From an uncultured Candidatus Saccharibacteria bacterium (GTDB lineage Bacteria > Patescibacteriota > Minisyncoccia > Phycocordibacterales > CSBR16-119), in assembly GCA_964589975.1 (NCBI GenBank), contig CAZPVH010000001.1, positions 23,214 to 87,213 of the forward strand: a stretch of 64,000 nucleotides of DNA, in the 5' to 3' direction. Of this stretch, positions 16,764 to 25,511 are shown one piece after another. How positions within the stretch are numbered: the first letter of the stretch is position 1; each line of letters opens with the position of its first letter. The notes under the pieces were generated by a model. The model was not told the origin of the DNA. It saw only the letters and a program-made list of their open reading frames with translations, and did not search any database. Position numbers and translations under genes: made by a program.

Positions 16764-17042
16764 ATGTATAACGATCGAAATGACAGCGGAGGACAAGGTG
16801 GAGGGGGAGGATACCGAGGTGGTGGCGGAGGCGGAGGATATTCGTCAGCGCCTCGCCAGATGTTTACAGGAAATTGGACTTGTGGAACTTGCGGACAGCC
16901 AATAACAGAGCTCCCATTCGAACCAGATCCAGCGCGGCTTGGAACTCTCAAGTGCCGAGACTGCCACAAGAAATCTCGCCAGGACCGACCAGATTTCCGA
17001 AGCGGCGGCGGACAGGGCGGAGGAGGGTACCGACGTTTCTAA
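16764..17042 (+). CDS. Gly/Arg-rich (RGG/YGG) protein with central C-x2-C-x19-C-x2-C zinc ribbon
   Basis: GGGGGYRGGGGGGGY ... WTCGTCGQ...CRDCHKK ... GGGQGGGGYRR; own terminator downstream. Confidence 0.6.
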   Translation: MYNDRNDSGGQGGGGGYRGGGGGGGYSSAPRQMFTGNWTCGTCGQPITELPFEPDPARLGTLKCRDCHKKSRQDRPDFRSGGGQGGGGYRRF

Positions 17043-17057
17043 TATTCATTAAAAAGA

Positions 17058-17086
17058 AAAACTCCCGCAAGGGAGTTTTTCTTTTA
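17058..17086. terminator. bidirectional terminator (aactcccgcaagggagtt + T-runs)
   Basis: Hairpin with A-run upstream and T-run downstream. Confidence 0.65.
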
Positions 17087-17851
17087 GACAATTAGGAAGA
17101 AAAATAGCAGAGCAAGCAGTATTCGGTAAACGCCGAAAGGAATAAAATTGTTATTTTTTACATAACGCAAAAGGAATTTTATGGAAATGATGGCGACAAC
17201 GAAAGCTGCTACAAAGCCGACGGAGAGAAGTGGCAGATTCCCGTTGGAAAAAATTCCAGGATTGTTATAGATATCAAGCGCGCTGGCGCCGGCGATGGTC
17301 GGTACAGCGAGCAGGAAAGAGAATTCTACGACAGTCCTGCGTGGAATGCCCATCAGTAGACCTCCGATAATGGTTGCAGCAGAACGAGATACTCCTGGGA
17401 TGACTGCTAAAACCTGGAAGAGGCCGATAAAAAATGCTTGTGAGTAAGTGACTTCATAAATTTCTTCTTCGGGTACGTCCGGTCCGCGATATATGAGTTC
17501 AAATAGTATGAGCAGGAGACCGCCGATAAGCATCGCCCAGATAACAATGTTTTCCGAGCCGAGTAGATCGTTTTTTATTATCTTGTACAGCCCAAGGCCA
17601 ATAATGGCAGTAGGTAGGGTGCCAATAATAATCTTTTTTAAGTCAGCGGCTTTAAAGAATGAGTTAAAATAAAGTACAATGACGGCCGCGATCGCCCCAA
17701 GTTGGATAATAATCTCAAAACTTTTTAGAAAGTCGGTTTCAGGCAAGCCCAGAACTTGGCTGGTCAAGATTAAGTGTCCGGTCGAAGAGATCGGCAAAAA
17801 TTCGGTGAATCCTTCAACTATGCCAAGAATTATTGCGTCTAAGAATTCCAT
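17084..17851 (-). CDS. uppP: undecaprenyl-diphosphatase UppP/BacA
   Basis: Signature EGFTEFLPISSTGHL; polytopic; 255 aa. Confidence 0.95.
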   Translation of the reverse strand: MEFLDAIILGIVEGFTEFLPISSTGHLILTSQVLGLPETDFLKSFEIIIQLGAIAAVIVLYFNSFFKAADLKKIIIGTLPTAIIGLGLYKIIKNDLLGSENIVIWAMLIGGLLLILFELIYRGPDVPEEEIYEVTYSQAFFIGLFQVLAVIPGVSRSAATIIGGLLMGIPRRTVVEFSFLLAVPTIAGASALDIYNNPGIFSNGNLPLLSVGFVAAFVVAIISIKFLLRYVKNNNFIPFGVYRILLALLFFFLIV

Positions 17852-17948
17852 ACAAATTAGAGTATATCATGTGGATAAAGAATACTGAGCTAGAGAATAA
17901 GGTGGTATTATTTGAATAATTCATTAGAAGTTAATCTATATTTTTTAT

Positions 17949-19823
17949 ATGGCTAAAAAACAAGCTCTACAACCGATTCACAGGCACGTCATGGGAATGG
18001 CGCTCGTTGCTATTTTAGCAACAGTATTTGGTTTGGTTGTTTATCCTAAAATGGCGATTCTTGCAGAATTGCCAACAAAACCGCAGAGCTTGTCGCTGCA
18101 GTCAGACTCTGAAGATGTAAGGGCTACCTGGGTAGCTCCAGCTCTCAGCGGAGACACTCCAGTCATTGGATATAACATATATTATTATCCGACTTCTAAG
18201 CCCGGAGACGCTACTACAGATTCAGTGGACGATAGGACGCTAGAGTATTCTATAGCGTTATCGAATCTTGAGCCTAATACAGAGTATACGTTTGAGGTTA
18301 GGGCGTCGAATTCTGGTGGCGAAGGCGATCCAAATACTGCTGTATTTAGTACTCCATCCGTGGCAATACCTACTGCCCCTGTAGATTGCTCTGCTACGCC
18401 AGGTGACACAGAGGTTAGTATAGTTTGCTCCAACCCAACAGATTTGGCTGGCGGGTCCTTGGTCTCATACCTCATATATTACGGAACAAAGGAGTATGTC
18501 AGAATAGAAGTGCCTTCTACAAAAAACCTTTCATATTCTGTAACATCTCTTAATAATGGCGTGGAATATAATTTCTATGTTACTGTGATAAATTCAAATG
18601 ACATAGAGGGGGAGGCTTCGACCATATTCACGGCCACCCCAGTTGCTGCTGGAGGGGGTGGAGATCCTCTAGAGATTTCAACAGAACCAACAGTTACGAC
18701 TACTTCAACTACTGCAACCATACATTGGACAACCAACAGAGAGGCTTCATCCATAGTCTATTATGGTCCGACAGAGAATATTAAGGGTATTAGTCCAGAG
18801 CAGAACACCACCCCAAGGGTCCAGAATCACCAGACTCAGATCACAGGGCTTGTTAGTTGTATGAAGTATTGGTTTAAGTCAGAGTCCTATGATGCGGATG
18901 GTAATTCTGTCCAGAGTCTCGGTGGAGAATTTAAGACAGCTGGGTGTAAAGGTGATTCATCCATCGTTGTGTCAGATGTAAAGACCGTTACTCCAGTTGC
19001 TGGTGCGACTGCTTCGGCAAAGATTGGTGGCAAGGGTATTGAAGTTGTGGCGCCAGCCGGGATAAAAGATGGTTTTGATGTTGCGATTGAAGCTTTAAAA
19101 CTTGAACGAAACAAGGTTGCGGGCGAGATAAATTCACCGACTGGTAAGAGTTGGGTCGGAGATAATGCGTACTCTTTGAAGGCGCTCGAAGATGAAGTCA
19201 CTGAAGTTGATGGCAGTTTTGATCAGTCAGTAAGTGTGTCTATCGACTATACTGACGCAGATCTGAACGGCTTTGATCCCAATACGCTAAAAATATATCA
19301 CTATGAAGATGGCTCAGGTTGGATGTCTCTTACAAACTGTTCGAATAGTTATAATGGTGTAACAGGGACAGGAACAGTTACGTGTGATACAACATCATTC
19401 TCAATCTTCGGTTTGTTTGGTGAGGCGCCAAGCTCAGGAAGCTCGTCTACTGGCGGTTACAAAGATTCTACAGCCGTAATAAACACAAATCCGGTTGGCG
19501 CAACTACTCCAACCACGGATCCTGTAAATTCTGCTGACGATCTTCCTTCTTATAGCTTCCAAAAGGATTTGGCTTTAACCATGGAAGATCCTGATGTTAA
19601 GATGCTGCAGAAATTCCTAAACAGTATCGGCTTTAGTCTTGCGCCAAGTGGATTTGGCTCCGCGGGATCAGAGACAACATATTTCGGACCGAGAACTCAC
19701 GCAGCTCTAATAAAATTCCAAGAAGCTTATAGGGCGGATATTCTTGCGCCGCAGGGACTTATGCATGGCACAGGATTCTTTGGTCAGAGTACGCGCGCTT
19801 TCGTAAACTCTATGCTCAAATAA
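17949..19823 (+). CDS. membrane-anchored surface protein with fibronectin-III domains and a C-terminal peptidoglycan-binding (PG_binding_1) domain
   Basis: N-terminal TM, FN3-like repeats, and a C-terminal DPDVKMLQKFLNSIGF...GPRTHAALIKFQ PG-binding-like module. Confidence 0.75.
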   Translation: MAKKQALQPIHRHVMGMALVAILATVFGLVVYPKMAILAELPTKPQSLSLQSDSEDVRATWVAPALSGDTPVIGYNIYYYPTSKPGDATTDSVDDRTLEYSIALSNLEPNTEYTFEVRASNSGGEGDPNTAVFSTPSVAIPTAPVDCSATPGDTEVSIVCSNPTDLAGGSLVSYLIYYGTKEYVRIEVPSTKNLSYSVTSLNNGVEYNFYVTVINSNDIEGEASTIFTATPVAAGGGGDPLEISTEPTVTTTSTTATIHWTTNREASSIVYYGPTENIKGISPEQNTTPRVQNHQTQITGLVSCMKYWFKSESYDADGNSVQSLGGEFKTAGCKGDSSIVVSDVKTVTPVAGATASAKIGGKGIEVVAPAGIKDGFDVAIEALKLERNKVAGEINSPTGKSWVGDNAYSLKALEDEVTEVDGSFDQSVSVSIDYTDADLNGFDPNTLKIYHYEDGSGWMSLTNCSNSYNGVTGTGTVTCDTTSFSIFGLFGEAPSSGSSSTGGYKDSTAVINTNPVGATTPTTDPVNSADDLPSYSFQKDLALTMEDPDVKMLQKFLNSIGFSLAPSGFGSAGSETTYFGPRTHAALIKFQEAYRADILAPQGLMHGTGFFGQSTRAFVNSMLK

Positions 19824-19892
19824 ATAGACTATTGCGTTTCCAGCATCGACCCCGTGGTAGTACAATAGAAGAAAACCAAAAGATCTTTCCAA

Positions 19893-20699
19893 ATGAGAGC
19901 TCTGGTGTCGGTGTTTATGCTGGCCGTACTAACAAGTCCGGTCGGCGCGCAGAAGTTGCAGCTCGAAACTATTTTACGGCAGCCGCCGAAAGACTCCGTG
20001 CAGGTGGTGTGCGAAGTTTCCGCGCATCTCAAATTGACGCATGTGAAGCCCTCGACCATCTACAAGATGCAAACAAAGACAATGTCTTTGGTGCCAGACG
20101 AGAAGCCGAAAGACTATCGCTGTTTGCCAAAGGGTCGCATGGGTTTGCTTGTCAACACCAAAGCCGATCCTTATGCCGTTCTGCAGCCGCATATCTTTTT
20201 CGAGATCGCGGGGTTACCGACGCATTTGTCGACAAAGATGGCTGTCGGGGTGATGGACAGGAACATGGGTTTTGCCTGTGGAGTGTTCACCGGCCAGTAC
20301 ATGAGGAGGGTTGATGACTATGGCGATGTTACCTATCGCGCCAAGCAATTTGAAGCGGGATGGCATCGCGGTCTCTACCTCTTTGCCGATCAGCCTGGAT
20401 TCGTTTTCTTTTTCTCGTATGCGAGAGAGAAGACTTTCCATTATTTCGACACGTCGATCGGATGCAAAGCCGGAGAAATGTTGCGATTAGGGCCAGCGCT
20501 TTCTGGTCTGGGTGTCCAGGCGGAATTCGAGTCTTATCTCGGAGCCGGCGGGGGCCTGTCGTACCGATTGCCTAGTGGTAAATTTTCCGGCAGTATCTCG
20601 TATCTGGTTCCAGGCCTCGCTGAGATCAATCGCGAACGAGCCATTGGTCTCATTGTCGAAAACGGACTTCTGGTCCGTCTCCGAGCTCTTTGCTTCTAG
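19893..20699 (+). CDS. secreted protein, possible beta-barrel/OMP-like (high-GC3 gene)
   Basis: Signal peptide ...SPVGA|QKLQ; C-terminus ...LRALCF (terminal Phe); GC-rich with C-ending codons. Confidence 0.55.
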   Translation: MRALVSVFMLAVLTSPVGAQKLQLETILRQPPKDSVQVVCEVSAHLKLTHVKPSTIYKMQTKTMSLVPDEKPKDYRCLPKGRMGLLVNTKADPYAVLQPHIFFEIAGLPTHLSTKMAVGVMDRNMGFACGVFTGQYMRRVDDYGDVTYRAKQFEAGWHRGLYLFADQPGFVFFFSYAREKTFHYFDTSIGCKAGEMLRLGPALSGLGVQAEFESYLGAGGGLSYRLPSGKFSGSISYLVPGLAEINRERAIGLIVENGLLVRLRALCF

Positions 20700-20701
20700 C
20701 A

Positions 20702-20740
20702 TTGCTGAAGCCCCCGCGCCGTGGCGCGGGGGCTTTTTCG
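20702..20740 (+). terminator. terminator (gcccccgcgccgtggcgcgggggc + T-run)
   Basis: Long GC hairpin. Confidence 0.7.
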
Positions 20741-20773
20741 TTATTAATCCGCGTGGTATACTCTCCTACCTAT

Positions 20774-22192
20774 ATGGAAAATCTATTTGAAAAGAGCGCA
20801 AAAATTGTTGCCACTATTGGTCCGGCCTCGGCTAAGTTGGAAATATTGGAGAAAATGTTCAAAGCGGGCCTAAATGTCATACGGATGAATTTTAGCCACG
20901 GAGATCACGCCTCACATCTTTCCAATCTTTTGCTGGCTAAAAAAGCAGCAAAGAAAGCTGGTGTTCGAATGGCCATCCTCCAAGACCTGTCGGGTCCCAA
21001 GATTCGCATTGGAGATTTTACCGAGGGAAAGGCGGTGCTTCGCGCTGGGGCGACATTTACGCTAACGACCAAAAAAGTTCCGGGTGATAGCAGTATCGCT
21101 TACATAAATTATGCAACTCTCCCAAAAGAAGTTGAGAGGGGGTCGACGATTATGATTTATGACGGGAAGCTTCGGCTCACAGTTTTAAAGACGACGGCAA
21201 CAGATGTCATTTGCCGAGTTATTGTTGGCGGGGAGATTGGGGGTAGAAAAGGGGTGAATATCCCCGGAGCAAACCTTTCTATTCGTTCGTTGACTGAAAA
21301 GGACCGAGCGGATGTAGTGTTCGGAATAGAGCAAAAAGTTGAATTTGTCGCGCTCTCGTTTGTTCGTCGGGCAAGCGATATCTTGGAACTTCGAGAAATT
21401 CTAAGGAAAGGCAAATCAAAAGCCATGATCGTGGCAAAGATTGAAACCGTTGAAGCCGTGGAAAATATTGATGAAATCCTGGCTGTTACCGACGCAGTGA
21501 TGGTGGCCAGAGGTGACCTCGCCGTCGAAGTTGGTCCAGAGAACGTGCCGATGATCCAGAAATCCGTCATCCAAAAAGCGAACAAGCTTGGCAAGCCGGT
21601 GATTACTGCAACGCAGATGCTAGATTCTATGGAGCATTCGCCAGTGCCGACGCGTGCTGAAGTTTCCGATGTCGCAAATGCTATTTTTGATGGTACCGAT
21701 GCCATCATGCTTTCCGGCGAGACGGCGACGGGGGAGTATCCTCTTGAAACTATTGAGACAATGGCTCGAATTGCTGTGGCCGCAGAGCATTCGCGCCAAA
21801 AACGCCAGTTTGTCGATATCACAAGCTCCGATGATGTAATTGATGCGGTAACGCTCTCTGTCGTTAGGGTTCTCGAGGACATAAAGGGCAAAGCCGTGAT
21901 TGCTCTCACAGAGTCCGGTCTGACTGCCAGAATGATCTCTCGTTTCCGCGCGCCGTTCCCGGTTATCGCTATCAGTCCGTCAGAAATATCTTGCAATCAG
22001 CTTCTGTTGTCGTATGGCGTTTTCCCGATCAAGATGACGCTGTCGAAAAACATCGACGCTTTTACCGGACAAGTGGCGAAATTTGTCCGCGAGCAAAAGA
22101 TTGCCAAAAAGGGAGACAAAATAGTTCTCTCGGCCGGTATGCCATTTGGCAAAGTCGGCTCGACGAATACGCTGTTCGTTCTCAATATTTAA
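20774..22192 (+). CDS. pyk: pyruvate kinase
   Basis: KIVATIGPAS...NVIRMNFSHG and other PK motifs. Start at ATG 20774. Extended -10 TGgTATACT lies 11 nt upstream. Confidence 0.95.
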   Translation: MENLFEKSAKIVATIGPASAKLEILEKMFKAGLNVIRMNFSHGDHASHLSNLLLAKKAAKKAGVRMAILQDLSGPKIRIGDFTEGKAVLRAGATFTLTTKKVPGDSSIAYINYATLPKEVERGSTIMIYDGKLRLTVLKTTATDVICRVIVGGEIGGRKGVNIPGANLSIRSLTEKDRADVVFGIEQKVEFVALSFVRRASDILELREILRKGKSKAMIVAKIETVEAVENIDEILAVTDAVMVARGDLAVEVGPENVPMIQKSVIQKANKLGKPVITATQMLDSMEHSPVPTRAEVSDVANAIFDGTDAIMLSGETATGEYPLETIETMARIAVAAEHSRQKRQFVDITSSDDVIDAVTLSVVRVLEDIKGKAVIALTESGLTARMISRFRAPFPVIAISPSEISCNQLLLSYGVFPIKMTLSKNIDAFTGQVAKFVREQKIAKKGDKIVLSAGMPFGKVGSTNTLFVLNI

Positions 22193-22214
22193 TCTGTGTT
22201 AAAATTATCTGCAC

Positions 22215-23168
22215 ATGAGTGAATCTGTAATTTCCATAAAAAATCTTTCGAAATCTTTTAAAGACGTCAAAGTCTTGGAAGATATCAATCTAGAGGTGGA
22301 AAAGGGTACAATGCTGGCGCTTCTCGGGCCAAATGGCGCCGGCAAGACTACGACAGTGAGGATTCTTTCGACCCTTCTTTCTCCTGACGCTGGAGAGGTT
22401 CGTGTTGCCGGGTATGATGTGGTGAAAGACGGCAATTCTGTGCGCGGAGCCATTGGCCTTACAGGACAATATGCGGCGGTGGACGAGCTACTTACGGGCG
22501 AAGAGAATCTCATCATGATGGGACGTCTCTACCATCTATCAAAAGATGATGCCAAACGTCGTGCCGCAGACCTCTTGGCTGAATTTGATCTTGTGGAGGC
22601 GAAAGATCGCGCGGCTAAAAACTATTCCGGCGGTATGCGCCGCCGCCTCGACTTGGCACTCTCCCTCATAGCAACGCCTGAGATACTTTTCCTCGATGAA
22701 CCAACGACAGGACTTGATCCCAGGAGCCGCCTGCGGATCTGGGAGATCATTGAGCGATTGATGGCAAATGGTACAACGATACTTCTCACGACACAATATC
22801 TCGAAGAAGCTGATAAGCTAGCTGATACGGTTGCAGTCTTAGATCATGGGAGGATCATTGCCCTTGGTACTCCTGATGAGCTAAAAGCTCGCGCGGGACG
22901 GGAGAGGCTTGAGATAATCGTCGACAAGGGAAGCGATTTTAACGCGGCCCTCAGCGTCATGGACGGTCCGGCCCAAAGCGCCGACCCGGATGACCGACGA
23001 ATTAGTATGGAAACAGGGGGCAAGGTTACTGATCTTAAACTAGTGCTTGATCGATTGTCAGAGAAGGGAATTGAAGTTGAGTCGCTGTCGCTCCACAAGC
23101 CAACACTTGATGATGTCTTTATGAAATTGACGGGAAAACCTCGAGAAGAAAAAAAGATCGAAGAATAA
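22215..23168 (+). CDS. ABC transporter ATP-binding protein (ABC-2/DrrA-like)
   Basis: Walker A GPNGAGKTT, signature LSGGMRRRL, Walker B ILFLDEPTTGLD. Confidence 0.9.
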   Translation: MSESVISIKNLSKSFKDVKVLEDINLEVEKGTMLALLGPNGAGKTTTVRILSTLLSPDAGEVRVAGYDVVKDGNSVRGAIGLTGQYAAVDELLTGEENLIMMGRLYHLSKDDAKRRAADLLAEFDLVEAKDRAAKNYSGGMRRRLDLALSLIATPEILFLDEPTTGLDPRSRLRIWEIIERLMANGTTILLTTQYLEEADKLADTVAVLDHGRIIALGTPDELKARAGRERLEIIVDKGSDFNAALSVMDGPAQSADPDDRRISMETGGKVTDLKLVLDRLSEKGIEVESLSLHKPTLDDVFMKLTGKPREEKKIEE

Positions 23169-23238
23169 TATACGTGTCCTGCTTAAGTTTCAGTAAATGA
23201 AATTAAGGTCGGATATGTTAGAGGAATAATAAATTGAC

Positions 23239-24081
23239 ATGGATAAAATAAATAAAAACTTAGGCAGGATGGAAACTTCTATTTCAAAAATTGAAAAAGC
23301 AAAAGGCGGAAAGCTCTACTGGGCAGTTTCGGATACGCTAGTTCTGGTAAAGCGAAGCATTATGCATATTTTCAAGCATATGGACCAGATCCTCTCTATC
23401 ATCCTGTCGCCCATAATGTTCATGCTCTTGTTTCGTTACGTTTTCGGCGGCGCCATTGATACTGGCGGAACGACATACGTGAATTTTCTAGTTGCCGGCA
23501 TTTTGGTACAAACTCTCGCGTTTGGCGCGAACACCACAGCCATTGCTGTTGCCTCTGATCTCAAAAAGGGAATTGTGGAGAGGCTAAAGACCATGCCGAT
23601 TACGAGCGCCGGGCTTATGATCGGACACGTGACGGCCGACCTGGTCCGGAATTTTCTTTCTTCTATCGTTATGGTTGGTATTGCGCTCTTGGTCGGTTTC
23701 AGGCCAGTTGCTAGCTTCGGTGAATGGATAATTATCCTCGCAATTCTCATGCTTTTCACTTTCGCTTTCTCCTGGCTTTCGGCCATCATGGGACTCCTCG
23801 CCAAATCTGTCGAAGCGGTGCAGTGGATGGGTTTCGTTCTGGTTTTCCCACTTACATTTGCTTCGAGCGCTTTCGTGCCCACGGACGGCATGCCGTCAGG
23901 ACTCAAGTTTTTTGCCGAGAATCAGCCGGTGACGCACGTGATAGAGGCGACTCGCGCGCTCATGAACGGCACGCCGGTAGGGAATCACGCCACGCTCTCC
24001 ATCATCTGGTGCGCTGGGTTCACTATCATCGCTATTCCGCTTGCCGCGTATCTTCTCCGGAAGCATAAAGGGATAAAATAA
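23239..24081 (+). CDS. ABC-2 family transporter permease
   Basis: 6-TM protein immediately downstream of the ATPase. Confidence 0.8.
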   Translation: MDKINKNLGRMETSISKIEKAKGGKLYWAVSDTLVLVKRSIMHIFKHMDQILSIILSPIMFMLLFRYVFGGAIDTGGTTYVNFLVAGILVQTLAFGANTTAIAVASDLKKGIVERLKTMPITSAGLMIGHVTADLVRNFLSSIVMVGIALLVGFRPVASFGEWIIILAILMLFTFAFSWLSAIMGLLAKSVEAVQWMGFVLVFPLTFASSAFVPTDGMPSGLKFFAENQPVTHVIEATRALMNGTPVGNHATLSIIWCAGFTIIAIPLAAYLLRKHKGIK

Positions 24082-24094
24082 TTTGGGTTAAGGA

Positions 24095-24130
24095 AAAGCC
24101 CCGGCGCTCACGCGCCGGGGCTTTTGTTTG
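24095..24130 (+). terminator. terminator (gccccggcgctcacgcgccggggc + T-run)
   Basis: Hairpin; the T-run overlaps the next promoter's -35. Confidence 0.7.
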
Positions 24131-24155
24131 ACAAAGAGGTAGCCAAGAGTAATAT
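24128..24155 (+). promoter_or_regulatory. sigma70 promoter TTGACA-N16-TAATAT
   Basis: tTTGACAaagaggtagccaagagTAATAT; ATG 24174 lies about 12 nt after the predicted TSS. Confidence 0.6.
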
Positions 24156-24173
24156 TCAAACAAATTCAGATAC

Positions 24174-24584
24174 ATGGACAAACAGACAGCCCTTGCCAGA
24201 ATTGATGAGATATTCAAGCTGGCATTCGAGCAAAACAAAGAACTTTACGCTGCTTGGAAAGATTGGAACGAAAGTTCTTCATCTGATGAAGTGAAGTACC
24301 GGGTCCTCGTGCAGCTCGTTCATCCGGCCGACGGTATAGCAATCGGTATGCCGCTTGCCTATTCACCTAAGGTCAGCCTATGGAGAGCCTGTGATGTTAT
24401 CCAAAAGGTGATCGCTGCAGACAAGCTGATTGCTGATTGGAAGTTTGTGGAGTTCCTCTTGAAGGATGACAAAGACTCCAGATTTTTTCTGAACGACTAT
24501 TTCAGGACATCGCCAAAAGAAAAGATGCTCGACGGGATACCAAGCCTCCAGAACAGATTGCTTGGCCAAGTCAAAGCATCTTGA
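24174..24584 (+). CDS. hypothetical protein, 136 aa
   Basis: ORF with its own promoter and terminator; no family recognised. Confidence 0.6.
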   Translation: MDKQTALARIDEIFKLAFEQNKELYAAWKDWNESSSSDEVKYRVLVQLVHPADGIAIGMPLAYSPKVSLWRACDVIQKVIAADKLIADWKFVEFLLKDDKDSRFFLNDYFRTSPKEKMLDGIPSLQNRLLGQVKAS

Positions 24585-24595
24585 TGCAGAGATCA

Positions 24596-24630
24596 TGAAA
24601 AGCCCTGAAATCTCGGGGCTTTTTTGCTAT
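24596..24630 (+). terminator. terminator (agccctgaaatctcggggct + T-run)
   Basis: Hairpin + TTTTTTG. Confidence 0.65.
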
Positions 24631-24675
24631 GCATCTCGACAAGAAAATTCACTCATGTCGTTTTGATATCCACAG

Positions 24676-24705
24676 TTGCATAGTGAACGTTCGTTCACGT
24701 ATACT
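24676..24705 (+). promoter_or_regulatory. SOS promoter TTGCAT-N18-TATACT with a LexA (Cheo) box GAACGTTCGTTC at 24685-24696 in the spacer
   Basis: gTTGCATagtGAACgttcGTTCacgTATACT directly upstream of the micro-ORF and lexA. Confidence 0.6.
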
Positions 24706-24744
24706 CCATGCAGGTCGATTAATCAAATAAAACTTTTTAAATAT

Positions 24745-24933
24745 ATGACACGTTCACAATACATCCGAACCATCGAAGGCGAGATCAAGAGATTGAACCG
24801 CCGGATCGATCAGAAGATTCTCCGAGGCGAGAATTACTTCTTTGACTCCATCCGCCACAAGTTTCTCTTGAAGCAGCTAAAGAAGCACCAGGGAGACGGC
24901 ATCCTTACCAAGCTTTTCCCAGCCTTCTTCTAA
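24745..24933 (+). CDS. 62-aa basic coiled-coil protein under the LexA box
   Basis: ATG 24745, after the predicted TSS; ends 6 nt before lexA. No TM segment and no recognised family. Candidate SOS-induced small protein. Confidence 0.45.
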   Translation: MTRSQYIRTIEGEIKRLNRRIDQKILRGENYFFDSIRHKFLLKQLKKHQGDGILTKLFPAFF

Positions 24934-24939
24934 ATTTAT

Positions 24940-25506
24940 ATGGATAACAATTACAAAGAAAAATTAAGCGATTTCTATCATGCCAAAAAGCGCATGCCTT
25001 CTTATTCGGAGATGATGAAGCTCTTTGGCTTCAAGTCGAAAAACGCCGTCTTTCGTTTGGTTGAGAAATTTGTGGACGCGGGGATTGTGGCAAAGGATAA
25101 ACTTGGCCGCCTCATTCCGGAAAAGCTCCTTGGCGAGGTGCCGCTTCTCGGCGCGGTCAAAGCTGGCTTCCCGTCTCCTAACGAGGAAGATCTTTCCGAG
25201 ACTATCAGCCTCGACGACTATTTGATTGAAAAGAAAGAGGCGACGTACATGCTCGAAGTCGATGGAGACTCTATGATCGACGCGCATATAGAGAAAGGCG
25301 ATATGGTTATTGCCGAACGTCGAACCACCGCTAAAGATGGTGAGATAGTCATTGCGGAAGTTGATGGAGAATTTACCATGAAATATTTCAGATCAAGCGG
25401 CGGGCGCGTTTGGCTCGAGCCGGCGAACAAGAATTACCCGAACATCTATCCGGAAGGCGACCTCAGGATCTGCGCCGTAGTCAAAGGGGTTATCAGAAAG
25501 TATTAA
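24940..25506 (+). CDS. lexA: LexA repressor (S24 peptidase)
   Basis: N-terminal wHTH; cleavage-site-like VKAG|F; catalytic VDGDSM Ser and Lys (MKYF...). Confidence 0.92.
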   Translation: MDNNYKEKLSDFYHAKKRMPSYSEMMKLFGFKSKNAVFRLVEKFVDAGIVAKDKLGRLIPEKLLGEVPLLGAVKAGFPSPNEEDLSETISLDDYLIEKKEATYMLEVDGDSMIDAHIEKGDMVIAERRTTAKDGEIVIAEVDGEFTMKYFRSSGGRVWLEPANKNYPNIYPEGDLRICAVVKGVIRKY

Positions 25507-25511
25507 ATCTT

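Noticed and set aside
16739-16969. 76-aa minus-strand ORF with poly-proline (PPPPPPRYPPPPPCPP)
   Set aside because: Reverse-complement reading of the Gly codons of the RGG protein gene.
17866-17874. Perfect DnaA-box nonamer TGTGGATAA (near-matches also at 24669-24677 and 47383-47392)
   Set aside because: Isolated boxes, no cluster, no dnaA/dnaN nearby; not an origin.
21157-21996. 279-aa minus-strand ORF within pyruvate kinase
   Set aside because: Antisense to pyk; low-complexity Ser/Thr/Ala-rich translation typical of a wrong frame.
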